Assembly (NCBI GenBank): GCA_963772835.1
Contig: CAVYYZ010000005.1
Span: 64,001-128,000 of the forward strand
From: an uncultured delta proteobacterium
GTDB lineage: Bacteria; Desulfobacterota; Desulfuromonadia; Geobacterales; Pseudopelobacteraceae
DNA length: 64,000 nt
Reading direction: 5' to 3'
Positions 38,416 through 49,012 of the stretch are shown here, piece after piece. A program made the translations under genes and the position numbers. Under the pieces are notes generated by a model, which made no database searches, was not told the DNA's origin, and saw only the letters and a program-made list of their open reading frames with translations. Within the stretch, counting starts at the first letter, position 1. Each line of letters begins with the position of its first letter.

Positions 38416-40756
38416 GCGTCTCTACCTCATGTCCAATTTTGGAATATTCCCGGGGTCCCGCCTTTTTTGAACGGTTCCCGACTTTGTAGGCAGGTTCAGG
38501 ATAATCGATCCGGTGATGAAAAATACCGTTAAGGATCCCGGTAAAACTTTTAGCTATTTCGTGCAGATTTTTAAGAGTGAGTTCACATTCATCCAGCTGA
38601 CCGTCGATAAATACATTATTAATCAGTTTCTGGACTAACCCCTGAATTCGGTCAGAGGTAGGATTAACAAGGGTACGTGAGGCCGCTTCTACACAATCCG
38701 CCAGCATGACAATGCCGGCCTCGCGGGTTTGCGGCTTTGGACCGGGATATCGGAATTCGTTTTCTTCAACAGTTTGTCCGGTAACAGTAGCCTGACTCTT
38801 GGCGCGCTCGTAAAAAAACTTGATCAATGCAGTACCGTGGTGCTGGCGGATGATATCGATTATAGGCTGCCCCAGCCTGTTTTCACGGGCCAGTTCATCA
38901 CCATCCTTTATATGCGAAATCAGGATCAGCGCACTCATGCTCGGTGTAAGCTTATCGTGGCGGTTCTCTTCTCCAGCCTGATTTTCGATGAAATAGAGTG
39001 GCTTTGAAATCTTGCCGATATCGTGATAATAGGCCGATACCCGTGCCAAAAGCGGATTTGCACCGATGGATTCAGCGGCAGCCTCTACCAGGTTTCCGAC
39101 GACAATGCTGTGATGGTAGGTACCGGGAGCCTTGACCATCAGCTCCCGAAGCACCGGAGAATTGAGATTTGCGAGCTCCAGGAGCTTGATATCGGTCGTA
39201 TACTGAAAGAGCGTTTCAACAAGCGGAATGAAGCTTGAAACGAAACCGGCGCTGATGAATCCGCTTAACAGCGCAAAAAAGGCTATGTACAACGTTTGTG
39301 TCGTGAAAATGGCACTATTGAAAGTCTGGAACGACAGCGCCAATGCGAGGTTGACAACTGAAACCTTCATACCGGCGGTGTAGATCGTGCTGCGGCTGGT
39401 GCAGTGGCGAACACCGTGTGCGCCGATGATCCCCCCCAGCAGCGAATAGATAACAACCTGCATGTTGTTCTCAAACATGATACCAAGCAGCGGAGCCAGA
39501 ATAGCGCAATACACAAGCGCGACTTCGGAGTTGATAAATATCCTGACGATCATCGCTCCGGCGGCAAACGGAAAAAGATAAAAGTAACTGGAGGCATCGA
39601 TAGAGGGGAAGACCGGCCCTATATTGTGGGTGATCAGCAGAGCTGTCTTGAAGCATATGAAACTGATAGTGATCAGTAGAGAAATGATAAGGACATCTTT
39701 ATTCGTCGGATTGAATTTTCTGATATTTTTGCAGGCAAACCGGTACGGGAAATAAAACAGCACGAGAATCAGCGAAAAGGTTCCGACCCCCCTGAATATT
39801 CTGCTGCCGCTCCGATTTGGGCCAAAAATCGCCTCCAGTTTATGAGCTTGTTCAGGAGTAACCCGCTCACCGACCCGTACGACCATCTCCCCCTTCTGCA
39901 GCTTAAAGAGAACCGGACGCACTGTCTCCATAGCACTGCGGGAGCGAACCTCTGATGCCTCGCGGTTATAAAACAGGTTGGGCAGGAGGATTCTGGCAAT
40001 TATAGCCGCTATGCGGGCATTATCAGAAGCAGTCCCCACACCCTTGAAATTCCAACGATTGACTATCTGGCGGGCCTCATCAATTTCAATGATGCCGGTG
40101 GTAAAATCACCCCCACCGATGGGGCGACCATTGTTGTCGGTTATTTCAAGCCCACGGCGGGTGTTTGTCTGAAAAACTTTTCTATCCAGAACGATTTCCC
40201 GTTGATACAGTTCATTCAGCAATTCTGACGCGCTCGCAAGAAAGTGTGTGTCAGACTTGATCCGGAACAGTGCCAGAATTTCAGATTCGCTCAGATCTGT
40301 ATCCAGCAACGGAGTCAATTGAGTGCGCCACTGGGAAATAGTTTTCTCAGGCTTTTCATCACGATGAGAACGAACTATCGCAAGGGTCTGCCGGAGCTTG
40401 TCATTAAGAGCACCTGAAACCTGATCGTTAAGGTTATAGACAACCGGAGCGTTGTTGGCGACATCTTTGCGCCGCTGTTCCGTAAGGGCCCTGTCTTCTA
40501 CAAGCAGGTCCTGAGACACACGGATGTCCGATGATGCGATTTCACCGACTTTATAGGAAAGTGTAGAGGTGTGCTGGCTGGGGAGTATGGTCAACGTCAG
40601 CAGCAAAGCGGTAGATGCGAGAAGGATAAACCGGTTGCGCTTGGCTGTTTCGGGATTGGAAAACTTCTTGATCAGAGAATCAAGCAGATTCGATCCGAAC
40701 TGACTCAAATATTTCAGAGAATGCTGTTCCTGCTTGCTGCCTGGTTGTTCAGCCAT
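38315..40756 (-). CDS. 7TM-HD (HDIG) membrane phosphohydrolase, PgpH/YqfF-like
   Basis: Extracellular domain, 7 TM segments, APGTYHHS, YHDIGK, QHHGT and FRYPGPKP motifs. Confidence 0.92.
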   Translation of the reverse strand: MAEQPGSKQEQHSLKYLSQFGSNLLDSLIKKFSNPETAKRNRFILLASTALLLTLTILPSQHTSTLSYKVGEIASSDIRVSQDLLVEDRALTEQRRKDVANNAPVVYNLNDQVSGALNDKLRQTLAIVRSHRDEKPEKTISQWRTQLTPLLDTDLSESEILALFRIKSDTHFLASASELLNELYQREIVLDRKVFQTNTRRGLEITDNNGRPIGGGDFTTGIIEIDEARQIVNRWNFKGVGTASDNARIAAIIARILLPNLFYNREASEVRSRSAMETVRPVLFKLQKGEMVVRVGERVTPEQAHKLEAIFGPNRSGSRIFRGVGTFSLILVLFYFPYRFACKNIRKFNPTNKDVLIISLLITISFICFKTALLITHNIGPVFPSIDASSYFYLFPFAAGAMIVRIFINSEVALVYCAILAPLLGIMFENNMQVVIYSLLGGIIGAHGVRHCTSRSTIYTAGMKVSVVNLALALSFQTFNSAIFTTQTLYIAFFALLSGFISAGFVSSFIPLVETLFQYTTDIKLLELANLNSPVLRELMVKAPGTYHHSIVVGNLVEAAAESIGANPLLARVSAYYHDIGKISKPLYFIENQAGEENRHDKLTPSMSALILISHIKDGDELARENRLGQPIIDIIRQHHGTALIKFFYERAKSQATVTGQTVEENEFRYPGPKPQTREAGIVMLADCVEAASRTLVNPTSDRIQGLVQKLINNVFIDGQLDECELTLKNLHEIAKSFTGILNGIFHHRIDYPEPAYKVGNRSKKAGPREYSKIGHEVETHVDIIEQSPETSSLQKPAAQKGGGENLKRLGMS

Positions 40757-40808
40757 AAATGTACGCGCCACTGAGTGGTTGGATTTCAGCATCTAAAACA
40801 GGATCGGG

Positions 40809-40837
40809 ATAGTAATCTGATTACGCAAACGTGTCAA
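40809..40837 (-). promoter_or_regulatory. Putative sigma70 promoter of the HD-ybeY-dgkA operon
   Basis: TTGACA-17 bp-TACTAT on the minus strand. Confidence 0.6.
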
Positions 40838-40884
40838 TAAAACTGCACAAAGAGATTGTAACAGTGAACAACGTGTAAATCAAT

Positions 40885-41772
40885 TCATCCCCGCGGATGG
40901 ATCTGTTGATGCAGCCGCTTCAATCTCTCCCTGGTTACATGGGTATATATCTGGGTGCTGGCAAGATCGGCGTGTCCCAGCATGATCTGCACACTGCGCA
41001 GATCCGCGCCGTTTTCCAGCAGGTGGGTGGCAAAGGAGTGCCGCAGGGTGTGAGGTGAAATGTTTTTCCGGATGACCGCCATCTGCGCCCTCTTCTTGAT
41101 AATATTCCAGAATGCCTGACGGCTCATTGCCGTCCCAAGTCGGGAAAGAAAAAAGTACGGATTCTGCCGCTGCGGATCCTGTTTACTCCGGACTGCATCG
41201 AGATACTCTGCCGTCCGAACACGGGCCGACTCTCCGATCGGCACCAGGCGTTCCTTGTTACCCTTCCCCACCGTCATCAGATAACCGGAGTCGAGATTGA
41301 CTTCACGTAACGTGAGATGCACCAGCTCAGACACCCGCAGACCGGTGGCATACAGCAATTCCAGCATGGCAAAATCGCGCAGATCCTCGCCCCGCTCCCC
41401 CCTGCAGGAAGCAAACAGCGCATCGACTTCGCGGCCGTCAAGAAACTGCGGCAATTTATGCAGTGTACGCGGCGCTTCGATTATTGTGGCCGGATTGCTG
41501 TCGGTGTAGCTCTCAATCATCAGAAATTTGTGGAACATCCGGATGGCCGACAGGCAACGGCCACGGCTGCGCGCGCCGATGGCCAGTTTCTGGAGGGCTG
41601 ACAAAAAAGAGGCAATATCTGTCGGGCCGACATCGGACAGCTTCCGGCGCCCGGCTTTTTCAAGAAAATCCAGATAACGGGCAAGATCACGGCTGTAGGC
41701 ACTCCGGGTGTTGGCCGAGAGCCCTTTTTCAACAACAAGGTAGGATATGAAGAGGTCAAGGTAGTCGTTCAA
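40885..41772 (-). CDS. xerD: Site-specific tyrosine recombinase XerD
   Basis: LYATGLRVSEL, GKGNKER, SPHTLRHSFATH, LGHAD..TQIYT and HPRG. TTG start with GGAGA RBS. Confidence 0.94.
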   Translation of the reverse strand: MNDYLDLFISYLVVEKGLSANTRSAYSRDLARYLDFLEKAGRRKLSDVGPTDIASFLSALQKLAIGARSRGRCLSAIRMFHKFLMIESYTDSNPATIIEAPRTLHKLPQFLDGREVDALFASCRGERGEDLRDFAMLELLYATGLRVSELVHLTLREVNLDSGYLMTVGKGNKERLVPIGESARVRTAEYLDAVRSKQDPQRQNPYFFLSRLGTAMSRQAFWNIIKKRAQMAVIRKNISPHTLRHSFATHLLENGADLRSVQIMLGHADLASTQIYTHVTRERLKRLHQQIHPRG

Positions 41773-41878
41773 GCTATTTCTCCGTTTATCTTTGACTTGA
41801 CCTGCATCAAGGGAATCGGGGAGATTGTGTGTCAGAATGGACACCTACTACATTCTGTTTTAATCAGGAGTTACGGAC

Positions 41879-42007
41879 ATGATAACCACCAGTGAAATTG
41901 CAGTCACCATCACCATCTGGGTTTTAACAGCCGCAGGAATCTTCTTTGGTGGTCGTGCCGCCCTGCGGCGCAGAAGACATAAGCGGGAAGTTCTGAGGAA
42001 CCGTTGA
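41879..42007 (+). CDS. Putative 42-aa single-pass membrane microprotein
   Basis: AGGAG RBS. MITTSEIAVTITIWVLTAAGIFFGGRAALRRRRHKREVLRNR*: a hydrophobic helix followed by a basic tail. Confidence 0.6.
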   Translation: MITTSEIAVTITIWVLTAAGIFFGGRAALRRRRHKREVLRNR

Positions 42008-42043
42008 CGTTTGGTGGATGGCCATTCAACACTCGGTTCCACT

Positions 42044-42982
42044 TCAGAAAATAAGCAGATGCAGCACACCGCGAATGAGAATTCCGATAACCGCACCTGC
42101 TATCGCAGGCCTGACAACAGAAGTACAGCGCGCACCGGCAGAAATTAAAACCGCCACCCCGACAATATCGCAGGGGTTGGTCAGAAAGCCGGCCATGCGG
42201 TTCAGTTCTTGAGTGGTGATCGCGCCTTCCTTGAGCAAATTGAGAGTAACACCCATCATCGCGGTACCACCGGCCAGATATTTGGTGGCCAGCGGCAACA
42301 CAGCCACAGCCGGAAAACCGATCAGGGAGAACAGCGGTGTCAGAGATGTTTCAAGCAGGGCAATGGCACCGGTTGCCTTGAGAAGGTTCACCAGAAAGAT
42401 TGCCAGAATCAGGATCGGTATGGCGCCCAGAATAACCTGGACGGCCTCCTGCCCACCGACAATCATCAGGTTAAGGGTAGTGCTCTTACCCGTTTTGCCC
42501 GGCGGGGAGACAAAACTGTCGGCATGTGATTCCTCATCACCGGCTGAACGGGCAAAAAGGTAATAGGTTAATGCGGCAGCCGTCAGCCCGCCGGCGAGAG
42601 ATGTCATCAGGATCACTCCCAGATTGAGGCCCACCGCCACCATGGGAAAAACCACATTTGCCTGGGACATGGTGAAAACCATTGCCAGTGTTGCGGCGAT
42701 ACGCCGCCGGGAAGTGCCGTCCTTCTCCATGATCGCCAGGGTTGCCAGCGGGGCGGCAAAACTGACAAACAGCAGTTGCATGATGGCAAAGGCCCCCGCT
42801 CCGGGAATGCCGAAGACCCGCAGTACCGGCTGAACAAGCCGTGCAACCAGCGCCAACAGGCCGCGCGCCTCGACAACCTTCATCAACGCCATCATGATCA
42901 CCAGAACCGGCAGCAGCACATACAGCGCCAATTCGAGAGCCGTTCGACCGGATAACAGCACAATTTTTATGAACTCTTCCAA
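42044..42982 (-). CDS. Nucleoside-recognition (Gate) domain membrane protein
   Basis: Two repeated hydrophobic halves resembling SpmA/B-type gate domains. Family call from recall. Confidence 0.65.
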   Translation of the reverse strand: MEEFIKIVLLSGRTALELALYVLLPVLVIMMALMKVVEARGLLALVARLVQPVLRVFGIPGAGAFAIMQLLFVSFAAPLATLAIMEKDGTSRRRIAATLAMVFTMSQANVVFPMVAVGLNLGVILMTSLAGGLTAAALTYYLFARSAGDEESHADSFVSPPGKTGKSTTLNLMIVGGQEAVQVILGAIPILILAIFLVNLLKATGAIALLETSLTPLFSLIGFPAVAVLPLATKYLAGGTAMMGVTLNLLKEGAITTQELNRMAGFLTNPCDIVGVAVLISAGARCTSVVRPAIAGAVIGILIRGVLHLLIF

Positions 42983-43023
42983 ATTTCATCCTTCAATTCA
43001 AAATTCAAATTTCAAAATGTCCC

Positions 43024-45735
43024 TTACACCCACTCATCAATTGCAGTCATCAGCTTGCTGCAAATCTCGGTAAGTTTTTCGGGAGCTGTTATCTTATGCC
43101 CGAAAATGTCCCGGACATAGAATACGTCCGCTACCTGATCGACCTTGGTGGATATCTTGGAAACCCCGATATAAAGGCCCATTTCTGCCAGTGTGCTGGT
43201 AATCAGATACAGCAGTCCGACTTTGTCGTGAGTGAGTATATCGATGACGGTATACTCTTCAGAAACTTCGTTATCAATATCAACTTTGGTCGCGAACCGC
43301 GGCGCAGGGCGTACAGTCAGCAATGTCGGGCGTTTTCGTTTCGCAACCAGTGTTGAAACCCTGACTTCGCCATGTAGTACATGTCGCATGTCGTGCTCGA
43401 TCTTTTTCCAGCGGGCAGGGTCGGTGACCAGATTCCCCTGCGGAGAATTGACTTGCAGAATATCCAGCACTTTGCCGTTATTGCTGGTATTGATCTGAGC
43501 TCCCAGAATATTTATACCGTTTGCCGCCATGACGCCGGTAATCCGTGAAAAAAGTCCCGGCATGTCTCGGGCGCAGATGATGTACTCGGAATAGCCGCTC
43601 TCCGGTTGATGCGTCAGGCGCAGCAGGATATCGGACTGTTCCAGACCGAGTAACAGGCGGACATGTTCCGCCAGCAACTGGTACGGATTGGAAAGGAGGA
43701 GCCGCACCGGCATTGCTTTCAGTTCGAAAAGGATTTCTGCAGAGGGAAGTTCGTTTTCAAGAATATCCGTAACTTTTTTGATAACGGAAGTTACCCGCTC
43801 GCTGCTGGCCTCCTGCTGGAATCCTCCCCGGTCGAGAATACCGAATGCTTTTTCGTACAATTCCTGAAAGAGCGAGGCCTTCCAGGTCGTCCAGACGTCC
43901 GAGCCAACCGCCCGAACGTCAGCAATCGTAAGCAGATAGAGCATTTTTAGATTTTCACTGGTCTTCATCTGACGGGCAAACTGTACGATCATTTTTTCAT
44001 CATTCAGATCGCGACGCTGTGAAATATGGGCAAACAGCAGATGCTGACGAACGAGAAATTCAAGCCGTTCGCTCTCCTCCCTGGAAAGTCCCATCCGGGT
44101 GGCGATATTCGGGATCATGGCGCCCCCCTTCTCGGCATGCCCCCCTCCCGACCCCTTGCCGATGTCATGAAAGAGCACCGCCAGCATCAGCAACTCCGGT
44201 TTTCCGATCTCGGAAGCGATCCGGCAGGGGAGCGGCATACCCGCCTTAAGTTCTCCACTCAGCATCTTTTCTGCCTGCTCAACGGCAAAAAGTGTATGTA
44301 TATCAACTGTGTAGATGTGGTACATGTCGTGTTGAACCTTGCAGTAGATATACTCGAGTTCCGGTATATAACGATTCAAAAATTCCAGGTGATGCATCAG
44401 ACGCAATGTATCGGCAACGCCCTTGGTAGAACGGAGAATATTAAGAAATGACTGATTTACTTCGATGTTGCGACGAAATTTATCGTTAATAAGCGCCAGA
44501 TTCTTCCTGACAACCCCTTTGACCCGCACACTGAGGGTAACACCATGTTTTTGAGCCAATTCGAAGAACTTCATCATGATACCCGGATTTCCTTCAACGA
44601 TTGACTCATCCGGAACTATTAATTCCCCCTTAATCACGAAGCAGCCGTCCCCTACCGGTCTGCGCACAAAATAGCCCAGTATCTTCAGAGCGCCCTCATC
44701 GCGCCAGACACAGCGGGAAATGAGACTTGAGGTGAAATGTTCAACCTTGTTGGCCTGGCGGTAGTAATCCCTCATAAAATCTTCCACCGCCAGCACCAGT
44801 ACGCCGTCCTCATACCCTAAAAAACCGGCCAGATGTACCTGGGCATCAAAGGTCAACTGATCATTTTTGCGGCCGTTAAAATAATGCAGCTCATTTCGGA
44901 TGCGCCACAGGTAGTCGAGCGCCGCATGATACGTCTCCAGTTCTTCATCATCCAGGATCCCTTTGATGATAAGTTCACGCAGATCGGAAAACTTGTACTT
45001 GACCCGGGCTACCCAGATGGCGGTCTGCAGATCACGAAGGCCGCCTTCCCCCTCTTTCAGGTTCGGTTCGAGCAGATATACCGTAGAGCCGTACTTCTCA
45101 CGACGGTTTTTCATGTCAGCAACTTTTTCCTTTATGAATGAGTCACTTGATTTGGGCAGAATCTGGCTGAAAATAACCTTGGTGAGAGAAGCGAACAACG
45201 GGCGGCTTCCGGAAAGAAAACGGGCATCCATTAATGCGGTCTTGACGGTGCCGTCAGCCGATGCCATTTCAATACAATCTGCAATCATACGCACCGAATA
45301 ACCGACATCCAGCCGTATATCCCACAGGAAATAGAGCAGTTTCTGAGCGATGTCCTCAACTGTTGCTACGGGGAGAACACCGTCATGCAGAAACATGATA
45401 TCGATATCGGAAAAGGGATTCAGTTCTCCGCGGCCATATCCTCCCACCGCCACCAGGGATACATGTTCCAGCATGGCATCACCGCCGCCCAGGTCATAAA
45501 CGATAGAGAGGAAGAGTTTGTTGTTCAACCCATCCATCATATCGCTCAGCAGGTGGGTGATTTCGCTACCGCTTTCTCCTCCCAGATGCAGCTGCTTAAT
45601 CTCTTCACGATACTTTGCCAGAAAATTCTTACAGCCGGAAAGATACAGCGGACGCTTTTCATCAAAACCTGCCATTCCGGCATCGCCAACAGCATCAATT
45701 GTATCGGGAAAATAAGGGTCAATAAAAAACTGCAT
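43024..45735 (-). CDS. glnD: [Protein-PII] uridylyltransferase/uridylyl-removing enzyme
   Basis: AVGGYGRGEL..SDID, EPNLKEGEGGLRD, HIYTVDIH, HDIGKG and two ACT domains. Confidence 0.96.
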   Translation of the reverse strand: MQFFIDPYFPDTIDAVGDAGMAGFDEKRPLYLSGCKNFLAKYREEIKQLHLGGESGSEITHLLSDMMDGLNNKLFLSIVYDLGGGDAMLEHVSLVAVGGYGRGELNPFSDIDIMFLHDGVLPVATVEDIAQKLLYFLWDIRLDVGYSVRMIADCIEMASADGTVKTALMDARFLSGSRPLFASLTKVIFSQILPKSSDSFIKEKVADMKNRREKYGSTVYLLEPNLKEGEGGLRDLQTAIWVARVKYKFSDLRELIIKGILDDEELETYHAALDYLWRIRNELHYFNGRKNDQLTFDAQVHLAGFLGYEDGVLVLAVEDFMRDYYRQANKVEHFTSSLISRCVWRDEGALKILGYFVRRPVGDGCFVIKGELIVPDESIVEGNPGIMMKFFELAQKHGVTLSVRVKGVVRKNLALINDKFRRNIEVNQSFLNILRSTKGVADTLRLMHHLEFLNRYIPELEYIYCKVQHDMYHIYTVDIHTLFAVEQAEKMLSGELKAGMPLPCRIASEIGKPELLMLAVLFHDIGKGSGGGHAEKGGAMIPNIATRMGLSREESERLEFLVRQHLLFAHISQRRDLNDEKMIVQFARQMKTSENLKMLYLLTIADVRAVGSDVWTTWKASLFQELYEKAFGILDRGGFQQEASSERVTSVIKKVTDILENELPSAEILFELKAMPVRLLLSNPYQLLAEHVRLLLGLEQSDILLRLTHQPESGYSEYIICARDMPGLFSRITGVMAANGINILGAQINTSNNGKVLDILQVNSPQGNLVTDPARWKKIEHDMRHVLHGEVRVSTLVAKRKRPTLLTVRPAPRFATKVDIDNEVSEEYTVIDILTHDKVGLLYLITSTLAEMGLYIGVSKISTKVDQVADVFYVRDIFGHKITAPEKLTEICSKLMTAIDEWV

Positions 45736-46074
45736 TCATGTTCCTCGTGAAGCGGCATGTGGTGGAATCGGTCGGGTGCGGATTATACGACAGACGATCG
45801 AACGAGTCAAAAGCAATAGCACACTACGAAACAACTTTAATCGTCATACCCCGTTATGTTACTGTGGCACGATTGAAAGTCCTGTTTTGCAGTAAATACG
45901 ATGTTCACCACGATGACACGACTTTCGCGAAAAGACCCGAGGTATGAACAGAAACAACGCAAACCCGGCTATAAAATCATACTGACTGTTTTGGTACCGC
46001 CCATCTTAACGAGCTTATACGTGCACAGTGTGTAAGGATACGTTAATTCATTACCGGCTTCAGGGGAATATATT

Positions 46075-47325
46075 GTGACCAAAGATACCGGACATCCCCG
46101 TCATACTTCTTCGCTTCACTATGGCTGGGTCATTGCCGGTGTCGGCTTTCTTATCATTTTTGCATGCATCGGCCTGGCACGGTATGCATTCACCATGCTG
46201 CTCCCCTCCATGCAAACCGGTCTTGGTCTCAACTATGACCGTATGGGCTTCATCGGCACCGGCAACTTTTGTGGCTATCTGATTTCGGTTGTGATGGCTC
46301 CCCGCCTGATCAGGCGCTTCAAACCGCGGGCCGTCATCACTGGCGGCATGATACTGATTACCCTGTCGCTGTTCGGAATCAGCGTCAGCCACGGCTTTTA
46401 CATTCCGCTGATTCTTTACTTCCTGGTCGGCATGGGCACCGGTTTCGCCAACATCCCCACCATGGCCCTGATCAGCTACTGGTTCCGTAGCGACCAGCGC
46501 GGAAAGGCTGCCGGACTTATAGTCGGCGGTAGCGGCGCCGCTATCGTTCTTGCAGGGATGCTGGTGCCACTCCTCAACCGAAGTTTCGGGGAGGATGGGT
46601 GGCGAGCCAGCTGGCTGCTGCTGGGAATCATCGCCCTTATCGTAACGATTCTCGCCACATGGCTGGTGCGCAATCATCCGTCGGAAAAGGGCCTGGAACC
46701 ACATGGCAGAGCAACGTCGCCACCCGCTGGTCAATCAACTTCACGGGAGCAAAAAGGTGACGGAGCAGTACTGACTCGACTGGGACTTCTTTACCTTGCC
46801 TTCGGTGCCACCTTTATGGTCTACGGTACGTTTATTGTCACCACCATGGTGCGCGAATACGGATTCAGCGAGTCAAAAGCAGGTATGTACTGGTCATGGG
46901 TCGGATTCTTCAGTCTCTTTTCCGGCGTTACTTTCGGCATACTTTCAGACCGGATCGGACGCAAAAAGGGGGTGGCATTGGTGTTTACCCTGCAGAGTAT
47001 TGCGTATCTTCTGGCGGGTTTCAAAGTCGGCTACGCCGGCTTACTGATTTCCGTTGTACTCTACGGATCGACAGTCTTTGCCATACCGGCTATCATGGCA
47101 GCTGCTGTGGCGGATTACCTGGGGTTATCGCGCGCTGCCGCCGCATTTTCAACAATCACCATCTTCTTTGCAGCCGGACAGACTGTCGGTCCGGCTCTGG
47201 CAGGTGTAATCGGCAATGCTACAGGCAGTTTTACGGGCGCCTACCTGCTGGCGGCACTGATTACCGCCTTCGCAGCGGCCTATGCCCTCTTTCTTCCCCG
47301 GCCCGGCCACTCCCTGCACGACTGA
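46075..47325 (+). CDS. MFS transporter (YbfB/YjiJ-like)
   Basis: About 12 TM segments, GLARYAFTMLLPSM and GILSDRIGRK. Confidence 0.88.
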   Translation: MTKDTGHPRHTSSLHYGWVIAGVGFLIIFACIGLARYAFTMLLPSMQTGLGLNYDRMGFIGTGNFCGYLISVVMAPRLIRRFKPRAVITGGMILITLSLFGISVSHGFYIPLILYFLVGMGTGFANIPTMALISYWFRSDQRGKAAGLIVGGSGAAIVLAGMLVPLLNRSFGEDGWRASWLLLGIIALIVTILATWLVRNHPSEKGLEPHGRATSPPAGQSTSREQKGDGAVLTRLGLLYLAFGATFMVYGTFIVTTMVREYGFSESKAGMYWSWVGFFSLFSGVTFGILSDRIGRKKGVALVFTLQSIAYLLAGFKVGYAGLLISVVLYGSTVFAIPAIMAAAVADYLGLSRAAAAFSTITIFFAAGQTVGPALAGVIGNATGSFTGAYLLAALITAFAAAYALFLPRPGHSLHD

Positions 47326-47447
47326 ACGACAACTGCCCCAACAGATCAGACGGCAGCATTTCCATTCACTATTGTGAAATACAATAATGAGATATTGTAT
47401 AAATCTGAAAGGTGGCAGATACTTTTCCAATGAGAAAGGCAACGAAT

Positions 47448-47873
47448 ATGAGCACACTCAACTGGTCGGACGATTACAGCGTCGGCATCCCTACCATCGA
47501 TAATGAACACAAACTGCTCGTCTCACTGGTTAATGATATGAGCCGTGCGCTTGATACTCACAGGGAGTTTCAGTCCCAGATTATCGGCGATATACTGAAC
47601 ACACTGGTCCACTGCATACACAGTCACTTTGAGTCGGAAGAGCATTTCCTATTGTCAAACGACTATCCCGAATACAGCGCCCACAAGGCCGAGCACACCA
47701 TTCTACGTGAACGGCTGGAGCGCTTCGAAAAACGTTTCAGGGCTGAAAACGTTTCCTTTACCGAAGATATGCTGCTGTACCTGAAAGACTGGCTGGTCCG
47801 GCACATCATTCTGCACGACTGCAAGTTCGGCAGTTATTTCCGGAATAAGGGGACGACCACCCACTTCGAATAA
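47448..47873 (+). CDS. Bacteriohemerythrin
   Basis: WSDDYSVG..IDNEH, HFESEE, HKAEH and WLVRHIILHD motifs. Confidence 0.92.
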   Translation: MSTLNWSDDYSVGIPTIDNEHKLLVSLVNDMSRALDTHREFQSQIIGDILNTLVHCIHSHFESEEHFLLSNDYPEYSAHKAEHTILRERLERFEKRFRAENVSFTEDMLLYLKDWLVRHIILHDCKFGSYFRNKGTTTHFE

Positions 47874-47953
47874 ACTCATCTTCGGCACCCTTTCAAACAA
47901 CATCCCATGAAGATACTTGCCTCCTTGCTCTTGTTTCATTCATACTGGGTGCC

Positions 47954-48973
47954 ATGCGTATAGCCTTGATCTCCCCGTTCTCCAGCGGCCCCGTGAGGGG
48001 CAACATCACAACCGTCAACCGCATCAGCCGCTTCCTTCGTCTGGGCGGAGTGGAACTGCTTGTCCTGTCGGTCGATACCCTTTCATCGTCAGAAATGGAA
48101 CTGCAGCTCCGCTCCTTCTCTCCCCACTTGATCCACAGCTTTCATGCTCACTACTGCGGCCGGATCGCGTACCGCCTGTCAGTTCGTTTAAATCTGCCGT
48201 TTGCGATCACCATAACCGGCAGCGATTTGCACAATCCACTGATGCGGGTCAATCCGGATACGATTCGCGCAATAGAGGCAGCGAATGCCGTGGTCTGTTT
48301 CGATGACAACGGGGCCGCAGAACTGGCCAATCATTTTCCGCGGGCTGCGAATCGGGTTACTGTAATCTCCCAGGGAGTCGAAGCGATTCCTTATATTGCA
48401 GCAGACAGCCCCGAATTTGCTGAGAACGCATTTGTACTGCTCTTACCTGCTGCTCTCAGGCCGGTCAAGCAGATTGAATTCCCGCTGCAGGCGCTGGCAT
48501 CTGTGGGATCCCGGCTTCCGGCTGTTCGGCTGGCAATAGCGGGTGGGATCATCGACAATGAATACGCAGCCGCTATTTTCAGAATGCTCCGCAATGCTCC
48601 GCATGGGATATGGCTCGGCGAAATTCCCCATGAACGTATGGGTGCCCTCTATGCCCGCGCCGATGTTGTGCTGAATTGTTCAGCCTCCGAGTCAATGCCT
48701 AACACGCTTCTGGAGGCAATGGCTCTGGATCGGCCGGTGTTAGCGATGGATATATCCGGCAACCGGACCCTTGTCAGCCATGGCAATACCGGCCTGTTGT
48801 ACCGGGACCAGAACTCCTTCATTGAATGTGTTACCAGATTGGAAAGTGACGCCGGACTGCGGACTGCCCTGGGACAGCGAGCAGGAGAATTTGTACGCGG
48901 CTTCTTTTCACCACAGAAGGAAGCGGAAGCGTACATCCGCCTGTTTCAGACATTGACAGGTCACAGATCGTGA
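47954..48973 (+). CDS. Glycosyltransferase family 4 (GT-B)
   Basis: RGNITT, TGSD, LRPVK and ESMPNTLLEAMA (Ex7E) motifs. Confidence 0.88.
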   Translation: MRIALISPFSSGPVRGNITTVNRISRFLRLGGVELLVLSVDTLSSSEMELQLRSFSPHLIHSFHAHYCGRIAYRLSVRLNLPFAITITGSDLHNPLMRVNPDTIRAIEAANAVVCFDDNGAAELANHFPRAANRVTVISQGVEAIPYIAADSPEFAENAFVLLLPAALRPVKQIEFPLQALASVGSRLPAVRLAIAGGIIDNEYAAAIFRMLRNAPHGIWLGEIPHERMGALYARADVVLNCSASESMPNTLLEAMALDRPVLAMDISGNRTLVSHGNTGLLYRDQNSFIECVTRLESDAGLRTALGQRAGEFVRGFFSPQKEAEAYIRLFQTLTGHRS

Positions 48974-49012
48974 CGTATCTATTCGAAAAAACAAGGGGAG
49001 GTCAGGAGCGCA

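Noticed and set aside
40885..41772. Phage or integron integrase
   Set aside because: It has housekeeping XerD features (HPRG end, no IntI-specific insertion seen) and no adjacent phage genes or cassettes.
45900..45990. Possible c-di-GMP riboswitch or leader peptide upstream of the MFS gene
   Set aside because: Only scattered GAAA/GCAAA words and a short palindrome. The two-stem architecture is missing and the mini-ORF has no properly spaced RBS.
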